Positions 34,491-49,123 of a DNA stretch of 64,000 bases are shown one piece after another. The DNA is from the human T2T-CHM13v2.0 reference genome, Homo sapiens. Every line of letters starts with the position of its first letter. Position 1 is the first letter of the stretch. A program made the translations under genes and the position numbers. The stretch is from the NCBI RefSeq assembly GCF_009914755.1, contig NC_060929.1, one strand, 5' to 3'. Below the pieces are notes generated by a model. That model saw nothing but the letters and a program-made list of their open reading frames with translations. It ran no database searches and was not told the origin of the DNA.

Positions 34491-35779
34491 TTTTGTGTCC
34501 TAGAGGCACTGGAATATGCATTGACCTCATTTTAAGAGTTAAGCAAAGAGAGCAGGATGAATGGCCTTGGGAGACCCTAACCCCTCCATCAAGGGAAGTG
34601 TTTCCATTCATGAATACTTGGTGGAATACTGCAGGGGGGTTAATCACAGGGCTCTGTGGCTGGATCATTGAAGTTCCTTCCAAAACTGTTAAGAGTAAAA
34701 ATCAAATATTTGTGATATCTCACGTCATGTAGCCTATGGATAAAAAGGAGTCAATTACTAATACAACCAACAACATGGATAAATCTCAAAACTATTATGC
34801 AAAGGGGACGTAGCCAACCACAAAAGAATACATACTACATGAATCCATTTGTATGAAGTCCAACAGACTGGACGAATGCTTGGTTGTCTCTGGAGTGGGG
34901 ATGTACACTGGGGATGATATTCATTGGGAAAGGACATAAGGGGATTCTCCAGTGATAAAAGCTGTCCTCTATCTTGACTGTGCTGTTGAAATATGGAGAT
35001 ATACACTTGAGATCTGTGTACTCTATGTATGAGAACCCTTTCCGCTGTTCAATGGCTCCATCCAATCTATCTCACTTATGTCAACAGATTGGTATCAAAT
35101 AAAACAGCACCTGTTATTTTATGATTAAATGCTTTACAGTTCAGGAGCCTCCTCTCCAACTTATTTTGTGCAAGCCTTTCCCTGGCCCTGATGTTCCAGC
35201 TGCACTGGCCTCCCTGAACTCACCATGTGCTTTCCAGCCTCAGGACCCTTGAATGTGCTATTGCTACATCTGGATTGGTTCTTGCCTCTGGTTTTCCATG
35301 GCTGGGTCTCACTCATCCTTCCAGTCTTATAACTGAAATATTTTATCTTCAGATTACTTGTCCCTACCCCCTTGTACATTTCCTTCATTCTACTGTCTTA
35401 CTTTGCAATTATCTATTTATTCATTTACTTAATGAATGGTAAGCTGGTCTCTTTATAACAGTGAATCTTTAGTGCTTAAACATACTACATATCTACAATA
35501 TTTACTGAAAAAAGAAATATGTTAGTGAACATGGACTTCAGGGCATATATTTTGTAATCTAGTGTTGGTGACTGTAAATTGCATAATTCATCCCTGAGCC
35601 AGGCATCAGCAGCCTTGTTTTTCTCCCCCAGGCCAATGAAGATACACAGGCTTTCCATGGCGCACATGAGGTAGGACATGGACTTGAGAATTGTGAGGCT
35701 TGAAGAATCCTCAGAGATCACCTAGCATAACAGGAAACCAAGGATTTGGAGGGAAAAATCTTGTCGCAGATCACACAGA

Positions 35780-36000
35780 AAGATCAGGGCCTGGTTTGAA
35801 TCTTACCTCTGCCCCAACCAGTTGTGTGACCTTGAGAAAGTGAAGATCTTTTTTGTTCATTGGTTTCCTCATCTGTAAAATAGGGATTTAATTTTACCTG
35901 CCTCAGAAGATTGTAGTGAGGATTAAATGAGGTGATAAAACTATAATGTTTAGGACAGTAAATTGTATGTAATATAATATTAATAAATATTAGCCATTAT
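35780..36000 (+). mobile_element. MIR
   Basis: 'gtgtgaccttgagaaagt...gtttcctcatctgtaaaataggg...gtgaggattaaatgag'. Confidence 0.85.
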
Positions 36001-36182
36001 TAATATTATTTTGCCCTGAACTCTAGTCCAGCAATCTTTCTACTTCTCTATGTCACTTCTATAATAGACGCCTAACACACAATAGATGCCAAATAAATAT
36101 TTGTTATATAAATGAACAATGCTCATCCATAATGGTGACTCTAAAATATAAAAAAAAAATTTTCTTCTGATTCTTCTGCTTA

Positions 36183-37277
<1,095 letters not shown>

Positions 37278-37785
37278 GACTGATATTTATTAGTGTATTC
37301 TTTAATTGTCTGTAAAATGCTCTTATGCAGAAGAACTCTTCTTTCATGATAGGGATTAATGCAAAAATGAAATATAAGGCAACATAGTATTGCACAGGCT
37401 GAGAATCTAGAACTTCAAGGAACAGTGGACATCATCTAGATTAATAGTTCTCAACCGTGGTGGCAAGTACACTCTCCCAAAAATATTTTATACATACACG
37501 TGCAGTGTGCTGAAATCCCATGCTAGTCTGAGGCTCCAGACTCTCTGGGAGCGAGGCCCAGATTTCAGTCTTGATCAGACAGCTCCAAATGACTATTGTA
37601 CAACCCGGGTTGAAAACTGATCTAGTCTAATGCTCTTATTTTATAAAGGAAACCTTGGGCCCAGAGATGAAAATGGACTTGCATAAGATGGTGAAGCACA
37701 TTAGAGGACTTTCCAAAGCAAACATTTTCTTCTCCCAAGTCACAGTCCAGCTCTGGTCTCACAACACTGAAACAGTTGTCATGAT

Positions 37786-37981
37786 TAATGGTGTGCTGGT
37801 AAACCAGCAATCCAGAAAAAAAAAGGCTCTGATTTGTATTATTTGCCAGTTTCCATGGTATAAATACTACCAGCATGGTTAATTTCATGCTACCAATGTT
37901 AAATAACCAGCTCACAAAATTCCTGTGTATTTAATAATCAGGTCTCAAGGGCTGGTACATGCTGGCTCCAGAACACTACTG
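37786..37981. mobile_element. MER63-like hAT MITE
   Basis: Ends 'tggtgtgctgg' and 'ctccagaacactactg'; internal 'ctgatttgta...tttccatggtataaatact'. Confidence 0.8.
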
Positions 37982-39859
37982 TGACCATCACCCATCTGCA
38001 TCAGTATTACATCAGAAACCCTAGCTCTATCTGAGACTGACTCAATCCAAATTATTATAGTTGCAACCCAGAAGTCTGACTTTCTAAGAAACAACCTTGA
38101 TAAAACTCATACAAGCCAAAGTTGGAGCACCATGCTGCATGGAATAATGCAGCAGTCTCATAGGTACCCTGGATAGTCATGAGTTGATGCTATGAACCAA
38201 CAGAAGGACCTTATCTAATGTGGTTATCATCTCATCATGGACAACCCAGTGCCCATGCCACCTTGTGCACAGTGATGGAAGCATAGCATTGTCTTTGACT
38301 AATGAGACCCTGATTCATTTTGACAGGAAGACAGATGTCAGCTTTCTGAAGAAAGTGTCAAGCATTTGTCCCTTACAAGGACTGGGAAGAAAGAGCATAC
38401 ATTTTCCCCGTTGCCTGCCCTTGACATATTTATAACATCCCAGGACTGGCACTGACCATCCTCTCCCAAGTAACGGAATGTCAAGATGACTGCAGAGATT
38501 ATGCTGTGAGTAGAAAAGCTTTATAGTAAGCCGAGGTGATCACCAGCCTCCCTGAGCTAAAATAATCACAGACTTTTTTTCTTAGTGACCCCTGTCCTAC
38601 TCTCAGGCACCTTATATCCTCAAATCTTAAATACAGTTAAGAGATTGGGCAGGCCTGGCCTATTATTCTACCTACTTCCACTGGACATAAGACATGTTTT
38701 ATGTAATCCTGGAATTTTTACACCAATCAAATACTATGAAAGTCATCAAGCTGAATAGTGACTATAACCCCAAATTCATGGATGCCCTGAACTCTAATCC
38801 AGACTGAACCACCCTATTCCCAGTTAGAAAAACTCAATTAATCCTGATGAGCCTGGATCTCCAGAAGATACTAGGAATATAGAGTCAGCTGGTAGGCAGA
38901 TGTTATATCAGTCCATGAGCATCATGCTAGGTAGGCGGCACACTCTGACTTCTTGTCACTTCCATGATCCAAAGAGAGCATCTCACTTGTCACTGAAAAT
39001 GTAGAGTTTCTGCACCTGAATTAAGGCCAAGGGGAAAAATAAAGGTGCAAGGTCTGAGACCTTCCACCATCTGCGCATCACACTGTGATGTGGTGAAAAT
39101 CCTGGGGAGATCCTCAACCTTCATTGCTCACCGCCAAACCCCAACTCATGCTCTCACTAGCCCATAATGCAGTCACACTGCCAAATAAGAAGAGCTACCA
39201 CCAGCTCATCAATGGAAAATTGTGCTGAATAATTGCTGTGTGGGAATAAAAATGCCTCTCCCAATAGCACCTTCTCTCATGAAACAAAGCAAAGCCCTTT
39301 CCTTAACTCCTATCCTTTCGGTGAGACGACATAGACCCTGCTTGCATGGGAAATGTAGAAGAAGTTGCCATAAACGTAAGGGTTAGAGAGGGACCATTAA
39401 ATAAGATTCCTTTGTGGTTAGGTGATTTCAGCATAAAATCTAAACAGAGGTGACACAAAGTTGAAGAACCAGGAAGCAAGGCTGGCTTCGGTCAGATAGA
39501 AGCTTGCATAACCATTAAAACTTGATTCCATGACTTAGGACAAATTCACTGTGAATCACTAAGAAAAAGTATAATTGCTAAAGGATGGAAAGTGGGGTTG
39601 AAAGATGTCAGGGGGCTGGAAAAAAAATAATTATAAACAATAGAGATCTTTATACCCACTCTGGTAGGCTTCAAACTTGGCTAAAACTAACTTTCCTACT
39701 ATAGAGTTGACATAGAAGTAAAGAATTTTCAAACCAGAATGTCCTTAAAAAGTACAATAGCCAGTCTAGAAAGTGCAGTGCTTTTAAAGCCATTTCTAGA
39801 TCTAAAAACACATTGTTTTTTCATTCAGAATAATTATTTAAAAATAATAAAACTTGGAG

Positions 39860-40060
39860 CTCAATAACCATAAGGATCACCTACTGAGTGATTACTTCGA
39901 ACCAGGCACTAATCTGAGTGCTTTCTATGTATTATCTCACTTAATCCTCATAACATTCCTGTGAGGCAGGCATTACCACTGTCCCCTTTTTACAGGTGTA
40001 GAAACAGGCATAAAGAGATGAAGTACTTGCCAGGGTCACACAGCTGGTCTGTCATGGAGC
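39860..40060 (-). mobile_element. MIR
   Basis: 'ccaggcact...ttaatcctcataac...cttgccagggtcacacagct'. Confidence 0.8.
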
Positions 40061-40269
40061 AGGACACAGGAAGAACTGCCCTGTTTAAAGCAGAGGAGAG
40101 GGCAGGGGTCTGCAGTCCTGCCACTGATCCGTCCCACAGCACAGGTGACCTTGCTTGAAAACCACTGATAAGAAAAACAGAAAAGAAATAGAATTGCTTA
40201 AGGTCAAGCCAGGATAAAGTGTGACAAACATAAATATTTTAATGCATATTTAGCTTTAAGAAAAAAAAG

Positions 40270-40530
40270 GGTTGGCAGGGACAGTGGCTCATGCTTGTAA
40301 TCCCAGCACTTTGGGAGGCTGAGGCAGGGAGGGTTGCTTGACCCCAGAAGTTTGAGATTAGCCTAGGCAACATAGGGAGACCCCATTTCTACAAAAAATC
40401 AAAAACTTAGCTGGGCATGATAATGTTCACCTGTAGCCCCAGGTGCTTGGGAGGCTGAGGCGGGAGAATCACTTGAGCCAGGAAGTGAAGGCTGCAGTGA
40501 GCCATGATCATGCCACTGCAAGATTCTGAG
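40270..40530 (+). mobile_element. AluJ, 3' end replaced by a purine tract
   Basis: Alu sequence up to 'atgccactgca', then GA-rich expansion. Confidence 0.88.
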
Positions 40531-40849
40531 AATAAAAAAGAGAGAAAGAACAAGAGAGAGAGAGAGAGAGGAGGAGGAGGAGGAGGAGGAGGAAGAGAAG
40601 AGAAGAGAAGAGAAGAGAAGAGAAGAGAAGAGAAGAGAAGAGAAGAGAAGAGGAGAGAAGAGGAGAGAGAGAAAGACAGAAGAAAGAGAAAGAAAGAAAA
40701 GAGAGAGAAAGAAAGGAGAGACAGAAAGGAGAGAGAAAAGAGAAAGAAAGAGAGAGAGAGAAAGAGAGAGAAAAAGAAAGAAAGGAAGGAAGGAAAGAGA
40801 GAGAGACAGAAAGAAAGAGAAAAAGAGAGAGAGAGAAAGAGAAAGAAAG

Positions 40850-40912
<63 letters not shown>

Positions 40913-40950
40913 GAAAGAAAGAGAGAGAGAAAGAAAGAAAGAAACAGAAC
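40529..40950 (+). repeat. Compound polypurine microsatellite (GA)n/(GGA)n/(GAGAA)n/(GAAA)n
   Basis: Seen directly; about 420 bp, almost all A/G. Confidence 0.97.
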
Positions 40951-41709
40951 AGACAGACCCGGGAGCCAGAAACAAAAGCAGAAATCGGTGATCAGAGCCC
41001 GATCAGGAGGTGAAAATAGATGCCATGGAGATCCTGGAGTTTCTCAGCCTACACTGGTCCACAGAGCTGGGGGCTAGCCTTCTGTTGCCCCCACCTGTTA
41101 ACAATGACCTTGAGCCCATGTGAAGCCAGGGAGTGGGAAATTTGCTCCCTACAGAAAGCCTGCAGGCTGGAAGGGTTGATGTTCCATCAAAAAGGAATTG
41201 GAAAACTTCCTTTGACAGGAGAAGACCCTGAAGAAGCTTTGCATCTGTTAGAGGCCTTACAAGGAAAAGTCAAACACCCAGGCCTGCACCTTGAGAAAGT
41301 ACCATGCATTGTGCAGGAACCCCATTCAGAGGAGTTAGTGACAAAAACTGGTTTCTGGATGTTGATTCTCTAAGAATACAACAGAAACAATGGCAAAAAC
41401 AACTCCTTAAGGATATTTTCATAGTGCGGGGTTCACATGAAGCCCATTTTCTTAAAACGCTGAAGAATACAGTCATGCACTGCATAATGACATTTTGGTC
41501 AATGACAGGCCACATATATGACAGTGATCCCATAAGATTACAAATGGAGCTGAAAAATTCCTATCACCTAGTGACATCTTGATGATCCTGACCCTGTGTA
41601 GGCCTAGGCTAATGTGTGTGTTTGTATCTTCATTTTTTAACAAAAAAGTTTCAAAAGTTAAAAAAAAGTAAATAATTTTAAAAATAGAAAAAAAGTCTTA
41701 CAGAATAAG

Positions 41710-42093
41710 TGTATTAGTCCATTTCCACACTGCTATAAAGAACTACCTGAGACTGGATGATTTATGAAGAAAAGAAGTTTAATTGACTCACAGTTCCACA
41801 CGCTTAACACGAAGCATGACTGGGAGTCCTCAGGAAACTTACAATCATGGCAGAAGGCAAAGTGTAAGAAAGCACCTTCTTCACAAGGTGACAGGAGAGA
41901 GAAAGAGCAACAGGGAGAAGTGCCACAGACTTTTAAACCATCAGATCTTGTGAGAACTCACTCACTATCATGAGAACAGTAAGAGGAAATCCACCCCCAT
42001 GATCTAATCACCTCCCAGCAGATGCCTCCCCCAACACTGAGGATTACAATTGAACACAAGATTTGGGAGGGGACACGGAGCCAAACCATATCC
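41710..42093 (-). mobile_element. THE1D/MSTA-like solo LTR
   Basis: tgtattagtcc...ccaaaccatatc; perfect 5-bp TSD ataag at 41705-41709 and 42094-42098. Confidence 0.92.
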
Positions 42094-42294
42094 ATAAGGA
42101 TATAAATAAAAAAAAAGTTTTGTACTGCTTACAATGTGTTTGTGCATTCAGCTAGGTGTTATTACAAAAGAATCAAGAAGTTTTAAAAAATTAAAGATTA
42201 TAAAGTTAAGAAGCTATAGTAAGCTAAAGTTAATTAATTATTGAAGGAAGAATTTTTTTTATATAAATTTAGTGTAGCCTAACTGTACAGTGTT

Positions 42295-42404
42295 GATCTC
42301 AGCTCACTGCAACCTCCGCCTTCTGGGTTCAAGCAATTCTCCTGCCTCAGCCTCCCGAGTAGCTGAAATTGCAGGCGTCCACCACCATGCCCGGCTAATT
42401 TTTT
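42295..42404 (-). mobile_element. Internal AluS fragment (linker plus first part of right arm), no tail or TSD
   Basis: gatctcagctcactgcaacctccgcc...ccggctaatttttt embedded in Tigger3. Confidence 0.9.
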
Positions 42405-44274
42405 CTGCAGTAGTATACAGTAATGTTCCAAGCCTTCATATTCACTAACTCACCCAGAGCAACTTCCATTCCTGCAATATCTATTCATGGTAAATGCTCT
42501 ATACAAATGTACCATTTTTTATCTTTTATACTGTATTTTTGCTGTACCTTTTCTATGTTTAGACAAATAAATACCATTGTGTTACAATTGCCTACAGTAT
42601 TCAGGAAAGTAACATGTTGTATAGGATTGTAGCTTAGGAGCATTAGGCAATATTATACTCTAGGTATGCAGTAGGCTATACCACCTAGGTTTGCGAAAGT
42701 ACACTCTATGATGTTCACACAACAAGAAAATCATCTAATGACTCGTTTCTCAAGAATGAATCCAGAGTTAAGCAATGCATGACTATAGTTCAAAGTAGTT
42801 CATAGTTAAAACAGATACAAATCAAATAAGGAAATTGAACACCAAGAGAAAAAAAACAACAGATGCAACTGATCAGTGAACCAGCACTGCAAGAATGAGA
42901 AATTAAAAAACTATGAATGAAAGAGATAGAATAAGCATGTTAAAAGGTAGACTTCATAGTAAGTGTTCTTATCACAACTTTTTTTAAAAAGGGAGAAAAA
43001 ACACAGACTAAACTGCAAAGAAATGACTATTAAACTGACAGCAAAATTCTAATAAAATTAGAAACAAAAAGAAAATGGAATTATACAGACAGCACAAGTA
43101 AATGGTATTGGGCAACAATTTGTATAAACTTTTAAATGTACAAAGCCATACTGTTAAATATTTATGAACATGTACAGATTTAATAAGAGCATCAGAATAT
43201 GGACAGGAGAAAGACCACTTACATCAGAAGAGAGAATGCCTCTAGGGTGGAAGGAAGGGGAATGTGATTAAGGAGGGCTATAAAGGAGACCTCAACTGTA
43301 TCTGAAACCTGCTATTTCCTTTAAATAAGTACACACACTCACACGCACATACACAGAGACACACAAACACATTTGGATACAAAATATTCTTAAATGTCAA
43401 TATGAAAAAGCAAGTCCTGTCACCTTCACAGATGTAAGATTCCCATAGCCACCTTGGCCAAGCTCAGTAACATATCTACTTCATTAGAATGTCTGCTCAA
43501 TGCTTCTAAGACTTGTTTTCAACTGCTATTGCTGTAGAATTAGTTACTGAGGCTGGAATCTCCTTACTTTCATGACAAGCAGGCTGGTTTCCCATGTGTG
43601 GATCAGAAGTCAGCTTCCTGATGCGATTTCACTCTCAATATACTGCCTGTCTGGCCAGTAGAAGCTTCTAGGGGTAAATATCAGCACAGGGAGAGAACAG
43701 CAAAGGCTGAATTTCTTCTCAGAACCCTGACACCAAAGGAACATAGATGAAGAGTGACACCCAGTGGCCAGACAGAAGGCAGAGTGCAGAGACTTCAGCT
43801 CCTTGGCTGCTTGCTTGTGTGGAGCTGGGTCATTCCTCTGAGCTCAAAATCCAGCCTTCGGTTGCTGTGATTCAAGGAGCTCCGATAGCTGGACAGTGCT
43901 TTGGGGGATATGCAAGGAGCCAGTTCCCCTCTTCTCCTTGTGCCACCCGTCCCTGTTTTCTGGCTCATTTCCCCCTTCTGTACCAATTGTGCAATCTCTG
44001 GTGCATTGGGTCCCACAGCTGACCAGGCACAGGAGAATGTTGTAGTCCACCTCACACAGCACAGAGGACGCTGTTCTTCAATGTGAGAGGACCCCTTAAA
44101 ACTAAGCAAGTGAAATGTGATGAATGAATTAATTCAGTAGTGCTGACTTACTGTCATTTGAGGTAAATTAGCGTGAGGTCCAGAAGTCCAAATATAAGTT
44201 ATGAAAATGACAGCTGTCTCCAATATCCTGTTAAAACTGCCTCTCAAGATCACCACCCACAACAATGCAATGGC

Positions 44275-44520
44275 ACAAACAACAATAAGAACAAGTGCCT
44301 GTGGATCATACACACACACACTGTGCCAGGCACCATTCTGAGGGCTTTGTGTGTATTATTAACTCATTTAAACTCATGACAAGTGCTAACATTCTACGCA
44401 TTTTACAGATGAGAAAACTGAGGCATGGAGAGATAAATGTATGTGTCCAAAGTCACAGAGCTGGTAAGCCAGTGGAAGCACCAGCTGCACTCACATGGTC
44501 ACGAATGCTTTTTGGGCAGC
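44275..44520 (-). mobile_element. MIR
   Basis: 'cattttacagatgagaaaactgaggcatggagag...gtcacagagctggtaag'. Confidence 0.85.
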
Positions 44521-45128
44521 CTTACTCCAGAACTCTGTAAGCCATTTAGCTACTGTGCTTCTGGATGACCTCCTAATGGCTGGCCCTGAAGGTCTTTCCT
44601 CAGTTGGCCCTGCTGTGCCTCTCTGAGGACAGCAGCAGTGTCAGCCCCCATCTCCCCCGTGGCTTATTTCTTCCTCTCTGTGGCTCCTCTGTCTCCTCTC
44701 TGCATTCTCTCTTCCTTCACTCTGTAAATGGAGGCATCCTCCATGGTTCTTCCTCCTTCCTGTTTTCCATTATCTTTGTTCTCTCTCTCTTGCACTGGAA
44801 CCTCTCACCAGAACTCATCGGATTTAATGTCAGGATTTAAAATCACCAGGGCATTTAACCAAAGCTCACTGGATTTGATGTCAGGATTCTGAGGTTCCAG
44901 AGGGAAGGCCTTGGGTTCAGCCTCTTCACCCCTGGGGTCCTCATTTCCCCCTGCGGTAACATGATGGGGTGGTTCAGAGCAATGTTCTACCTTGGCTGCC
45001 CACCAGCCCCACCTCGGGAGCTTTTACCATTATTGCTGTCCTGGCCTCACAGGCCATTTAGATGACAGCCTCTGATTGTGGAATTTCTATTTCTTCCTTT
45101 AATTTTCTCAATTGCTTCTTTGTATATT

Positions 45129-45361
45129 TTGAGAGCTTGTTTGGAGGTCCTATCAGCACAGCTACTGGTATACCCTTGACCCAAGACTGGTCCTTCTCTA
45201 TTGGGGATGGTCATCCTCTACTACCAAGCACACAGCTCCGGGAGGGATGCATGTGGAGTGGTGAGGGAGGAAGAGGACACCCACCTAGCCAGCCAGATCA
45301 GCCAAATCAACCCTGAAGATCAATGGGGTGACGGATGTTGCAGCCAGCTTGCCCTCACATC
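45129..45361 (-). pseudogene. 7SK snRNA retropseudogene (RN7SKP-type), 3'-truncated and tailless
   Basis: Reverse strand reads GATGTGAGGGCAAGCTGGCTGCAACATCCGTCACCCCATTGATC...GGTCAAGGGTATAC...CTCCAAACAAGCTCTCAA, i.e. roughly the first 240 nt of 7SK; flanking repeat cttct(t)tgtatattttga. Confidence 0.95.
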
Positions 45362-45830
45362 TTCTTGTATATTTTGAACGTCTATTATTCAGCACACGCC
45401 TTCATGATTATATGTCTTTTGGGGTATTAATATAGCCACTTTAAACTTCTTGTGCTCTGCAGTTTACATGATATATCTTTTTCAATCCATTTGCTTTTAA
45501 CCTCTCTTTATACTTAAATTATAACTTCTGAATAGTATATAATTGAATCTTACTTTTTAAAAATAAATTCTGATAGACTGTCCATTTTAATTAGAGTGCT
45601 GTTTCACACTCTTCTGGCCTCCATGATTTCTGATGAGAAGTCAGAGATCTTTGGAATTGATATTCTATTTAATGTAATGTGTATTTTTCTCTGGCTTTTT
45701 CAATATTTTCTCTTTACCTTTAGATTTCAACACTTTGACTATGATGTGACAAGGTGCACTCTTCTTCTCATTTATCCTAAGTTATGGTTTATTGAGATTC
45801 TTAAGAATTTGTACCTTTCAAAAAAATATC

Positions 45831-46137
<307 letters not shown>

Positions 46138-47479
46138 TCAATTCTATCTCTCCTCTTACCTTGGGGTTCCAATTACACAATGTTAGATCTTTCATTATTT
46201 TCTCACATATCCCTGAGGCTGTATTCATTGTTTAAAAATTTTTCTTTTCCTCTTCAGATTGGATAATTTCTATTGATCCATCTTCAAGTTCACTGAATCT
46301 TTCTTCTATTATTTCTATTCTGCTCATAAATGACCTGGCAAATTTTGATTTTAGAGATTGTATTTTACATTCTAAAGCCTCCACTTCGTTTATTTTTATA
46401 GTTTTTTGGTTTATGTTTGTCTACTATTATTTTGAATATATTTTTATTTGTTGAAAGTGTATTTTTCTTCACTTCAACCAGAATAATTACAATAGCTGTT
46501 TTTCAAATTCCTATCTGTTAGTTGTAGCTTATGGATTATATCAGGATTGGTCTCAGTTGATTTCCTCTTCTCTTAAGATTTTCCTGACCTTCATATGTCA
46601 AATAATTTTGGATTGTTTTCTGGATATTATGGATATTATGTTGTAAAGACTGATGATTCTGTTATATTCATCTGAAAAGGTGTTTGTGTTTTTCTTTTGC
46701 TATAATATTACAGTTTGTTTAGACTCACACTGTAAGCTCTGCCTCAGGAGTATTAATTCAAATTTAAGCTCAGGGTTTTTCCCCATGGGTAAGGCACTAG
46801 GAGCATCCCTCCATATGAATTTGGGGGAGAGGGGTCAACCAGAGACAGGAAGAGTTTATACACAGAATTTAGAGCTGTCCTTCTCTGGTTCTCTGCTTTC
46901 TATAGTTTACTCCTCACTTTCTAATGACTGATTGCTCCAAACTCTCTCCTCTGATATTTTAGATCATAATCACTGCAGCTGTTCTGTCAGAATTTTAGTC
47001 ACCCTGTGTGAGGCAATGAGTTTGATAGCCGGCTGTCCATCAAAATTCAAAAAGAAAATGAAACACACCTCTCACTTGCCCTTCTTTCAAGTTTCAACTC
47101 CCCTCTGCAATCTGTCTGCTTTTGTTATTGCTCTAATGCCTACAGATCATTGTTTTGTTTTAGTTTGGTTTTGGTTTAACCAATATGAACTTACTTGGGC
47201 ATTAACAAAACCAGAAATCCTCACCTTGTCACCTCTTGAGATTTTTATTTTTTCTCCCTAAAATGAAGGATTGCTCTAAAAGAGCAATTCTCAACCCTGG
47301 CTTTATAGTTAAATGACCTAGTACCTTTTAGGAATGCTGCCTATACCCCATCCCTAAAATTCTGATTTAAGTTTCCAGAATGGGGTTTGGGCAAGAGTTT
47401 GAGTTTTTTGCTTGTTTGTTTTTGTTTTTTTCTTATGATTCTAATATGCTATCTGAGTTCATCCCCACTCTTGAAGATA

Positions 47480-47645
47480 GGCACTTTTTAAACTTTATTG
47501 GGCACACAAATCACCTGGGGATCTTGTTACACACTGATTCTGACTCATAGCCCTGAGGGAGGCCTCAAGCTGTCCATTTCTAACTAGGTCCCAGGCAATA
47601 ATAATGTCACTTGCCTGAGGACACATTCTGAGTGGCAAGATGCTA
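47480..47645. mobile_element. MER5A
   Basis: 'aatcacctggggatcttgtta...tgattctgactca...tttctaac'. Confidence 0.7.
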
Positions 47646-48224
47646 CTGAACTCTTATATCCTAGAACAATGGTTGAAAATAGGTAAACAGTAAACCATAC
47701 CTTTCCAAAACCATGACTTTTTTCCCACACAGTGATTTTCTGAATATCTGTAGCCCTGAACCTTCATTCCCATGTGAAAATAGCAGATGACACCAAGTGT
47801 TTGCTACACTTCACACAGGATGATACTCTCTATGTTTCCAAGTCCCCACCCTGTTTATAGCACTTATTTGCATATGCCCCCTGCAGGCTTTGAGTTTAGG
47901 ATTCTAGCATAGGATTCCGTGAGCAGAGAAGGTAAACATCATGAGAGAACATATACTACAGGGTTGTTCTGAGAATGAAGTGAGATATTATAGGTAAGGC
48001 AGCACTGTTTGCAGCCCATATAAAATGTTGAATAAATATTAGTTATTTGTAGTCAACATCTATTGGATTTTTTTCCCTTTTTCAGTATTCCTTTTCTTAT
48101 AAAAACAATACCCCAATTTCCCTATAGAAGCCAATCCTTAACCATTCTCAGTATATGTGGTTCATGTGGGGCTAACACCATCTCTAGCTCCAAAAGTAGG
48201 CATTGACCTAGGTATGTATATAAA

Positions 48225-48765
48225 CCTAGGTATGTGTATTCAAGAGAAATAAAAGCATTCTGTCCACATAAAAACCTGTACATAAATGTTCATAGCAGCA
48301 TTATTCATAATAGCCCAAAACTGATAAGCCCAAATGTTCATCAATCAACAAATGGATAAACAAAATGTGACACAGCATGGGAATGGAATATTATTCACCA
48401 ATAAAAATAAATAAAGTACTGATACATGCTGCAATATGGATGAACCTGGAAAACATTATGCAAAATAAGAGAAGCCAGACATAAATAACACATATTGTGT
48501 AATTCCACTTATATGAAACATCCAACATAGTCAAATCCATAGAGACAGAAAGTAGATTAGTGCTGCCTAGGGCTGGAGAGGATGGGGGATTTGGGGAGTG
48601 ACAGCTAGTAGGTGAAAGGTTTCCTTCTGCAGTAATGAAAATACTCTAAAATTAATTGTGGTGATGGATGCCCAACTCTGTGAATATACTAAAATTCATT
48701 CAGTTTTATGCTTTAAAAGGGTAAATTGTATGGTATAATAATTATAATGCAATAAAGCTACTTTT
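48225..48765 (+). mobile_element. L1MB-like 3' end
   Basis: 'atagagacagaaagtagattagtg...tgcctagggctgg...aataaagct'. Confidence 0.85.
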
Positions 48766-49123
48766 CAAATTGTCTCTCTAAGGCCAAAAAATGTGGGTTT
48801 AAAACAGACTTAGCAGTAAAATGTATTATAACAATAACACAAAAGACAGGAGAAACAAAAAGGAAATACTCTTATAAGGTGCCTGTATTATATGTAAAGG
48901 CAGCCTCTGATAAGTTAGATGTTAAATTATATGGCAACCAACTGAAAATACCATAAACCAAAAAGTACTTCTAAAATTAAATGTAATCATTAAACAATGC
49001 TCAAAGCAAAAGAAGACAGGAAAACAGGGAAAAAACAAAGAGCAAATAGAACAAAGAAATAATGACAAGATGGTAGATTTAAACGCAACCAAATGATAAA
49101 TTACATTAAATAAAAATGTCCTG

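Larger units (their letters stand above)
41470..42785 (-). mobile_element. Tigger3 (MER7/Golem) non-autonomous DNA transposon with nested LTR and Alu piece
   Basis: TIRs cagtcatgca / tgcatgacta flanked by TA at 41468-69 and 42786-87. Confidence 0.9.

Noticed and set aside
38327-38506. Possible plus-strand exon (ttttgacag ... gtgagt)
   Set aside because: Stops in all three frames and no partner exons recognised.
40504-41013. Charged 169-aa ORF and its hydrophobic antisense 155-aa ORF
   Set aside because: Translations of the GA-rich microsatellite.
44820-44888. Two copies of ggattt(a/g)atgtcaggatt, 51 bp apart
   Set aside because: Only two units, a small local duplication; not an array or CRISPR.
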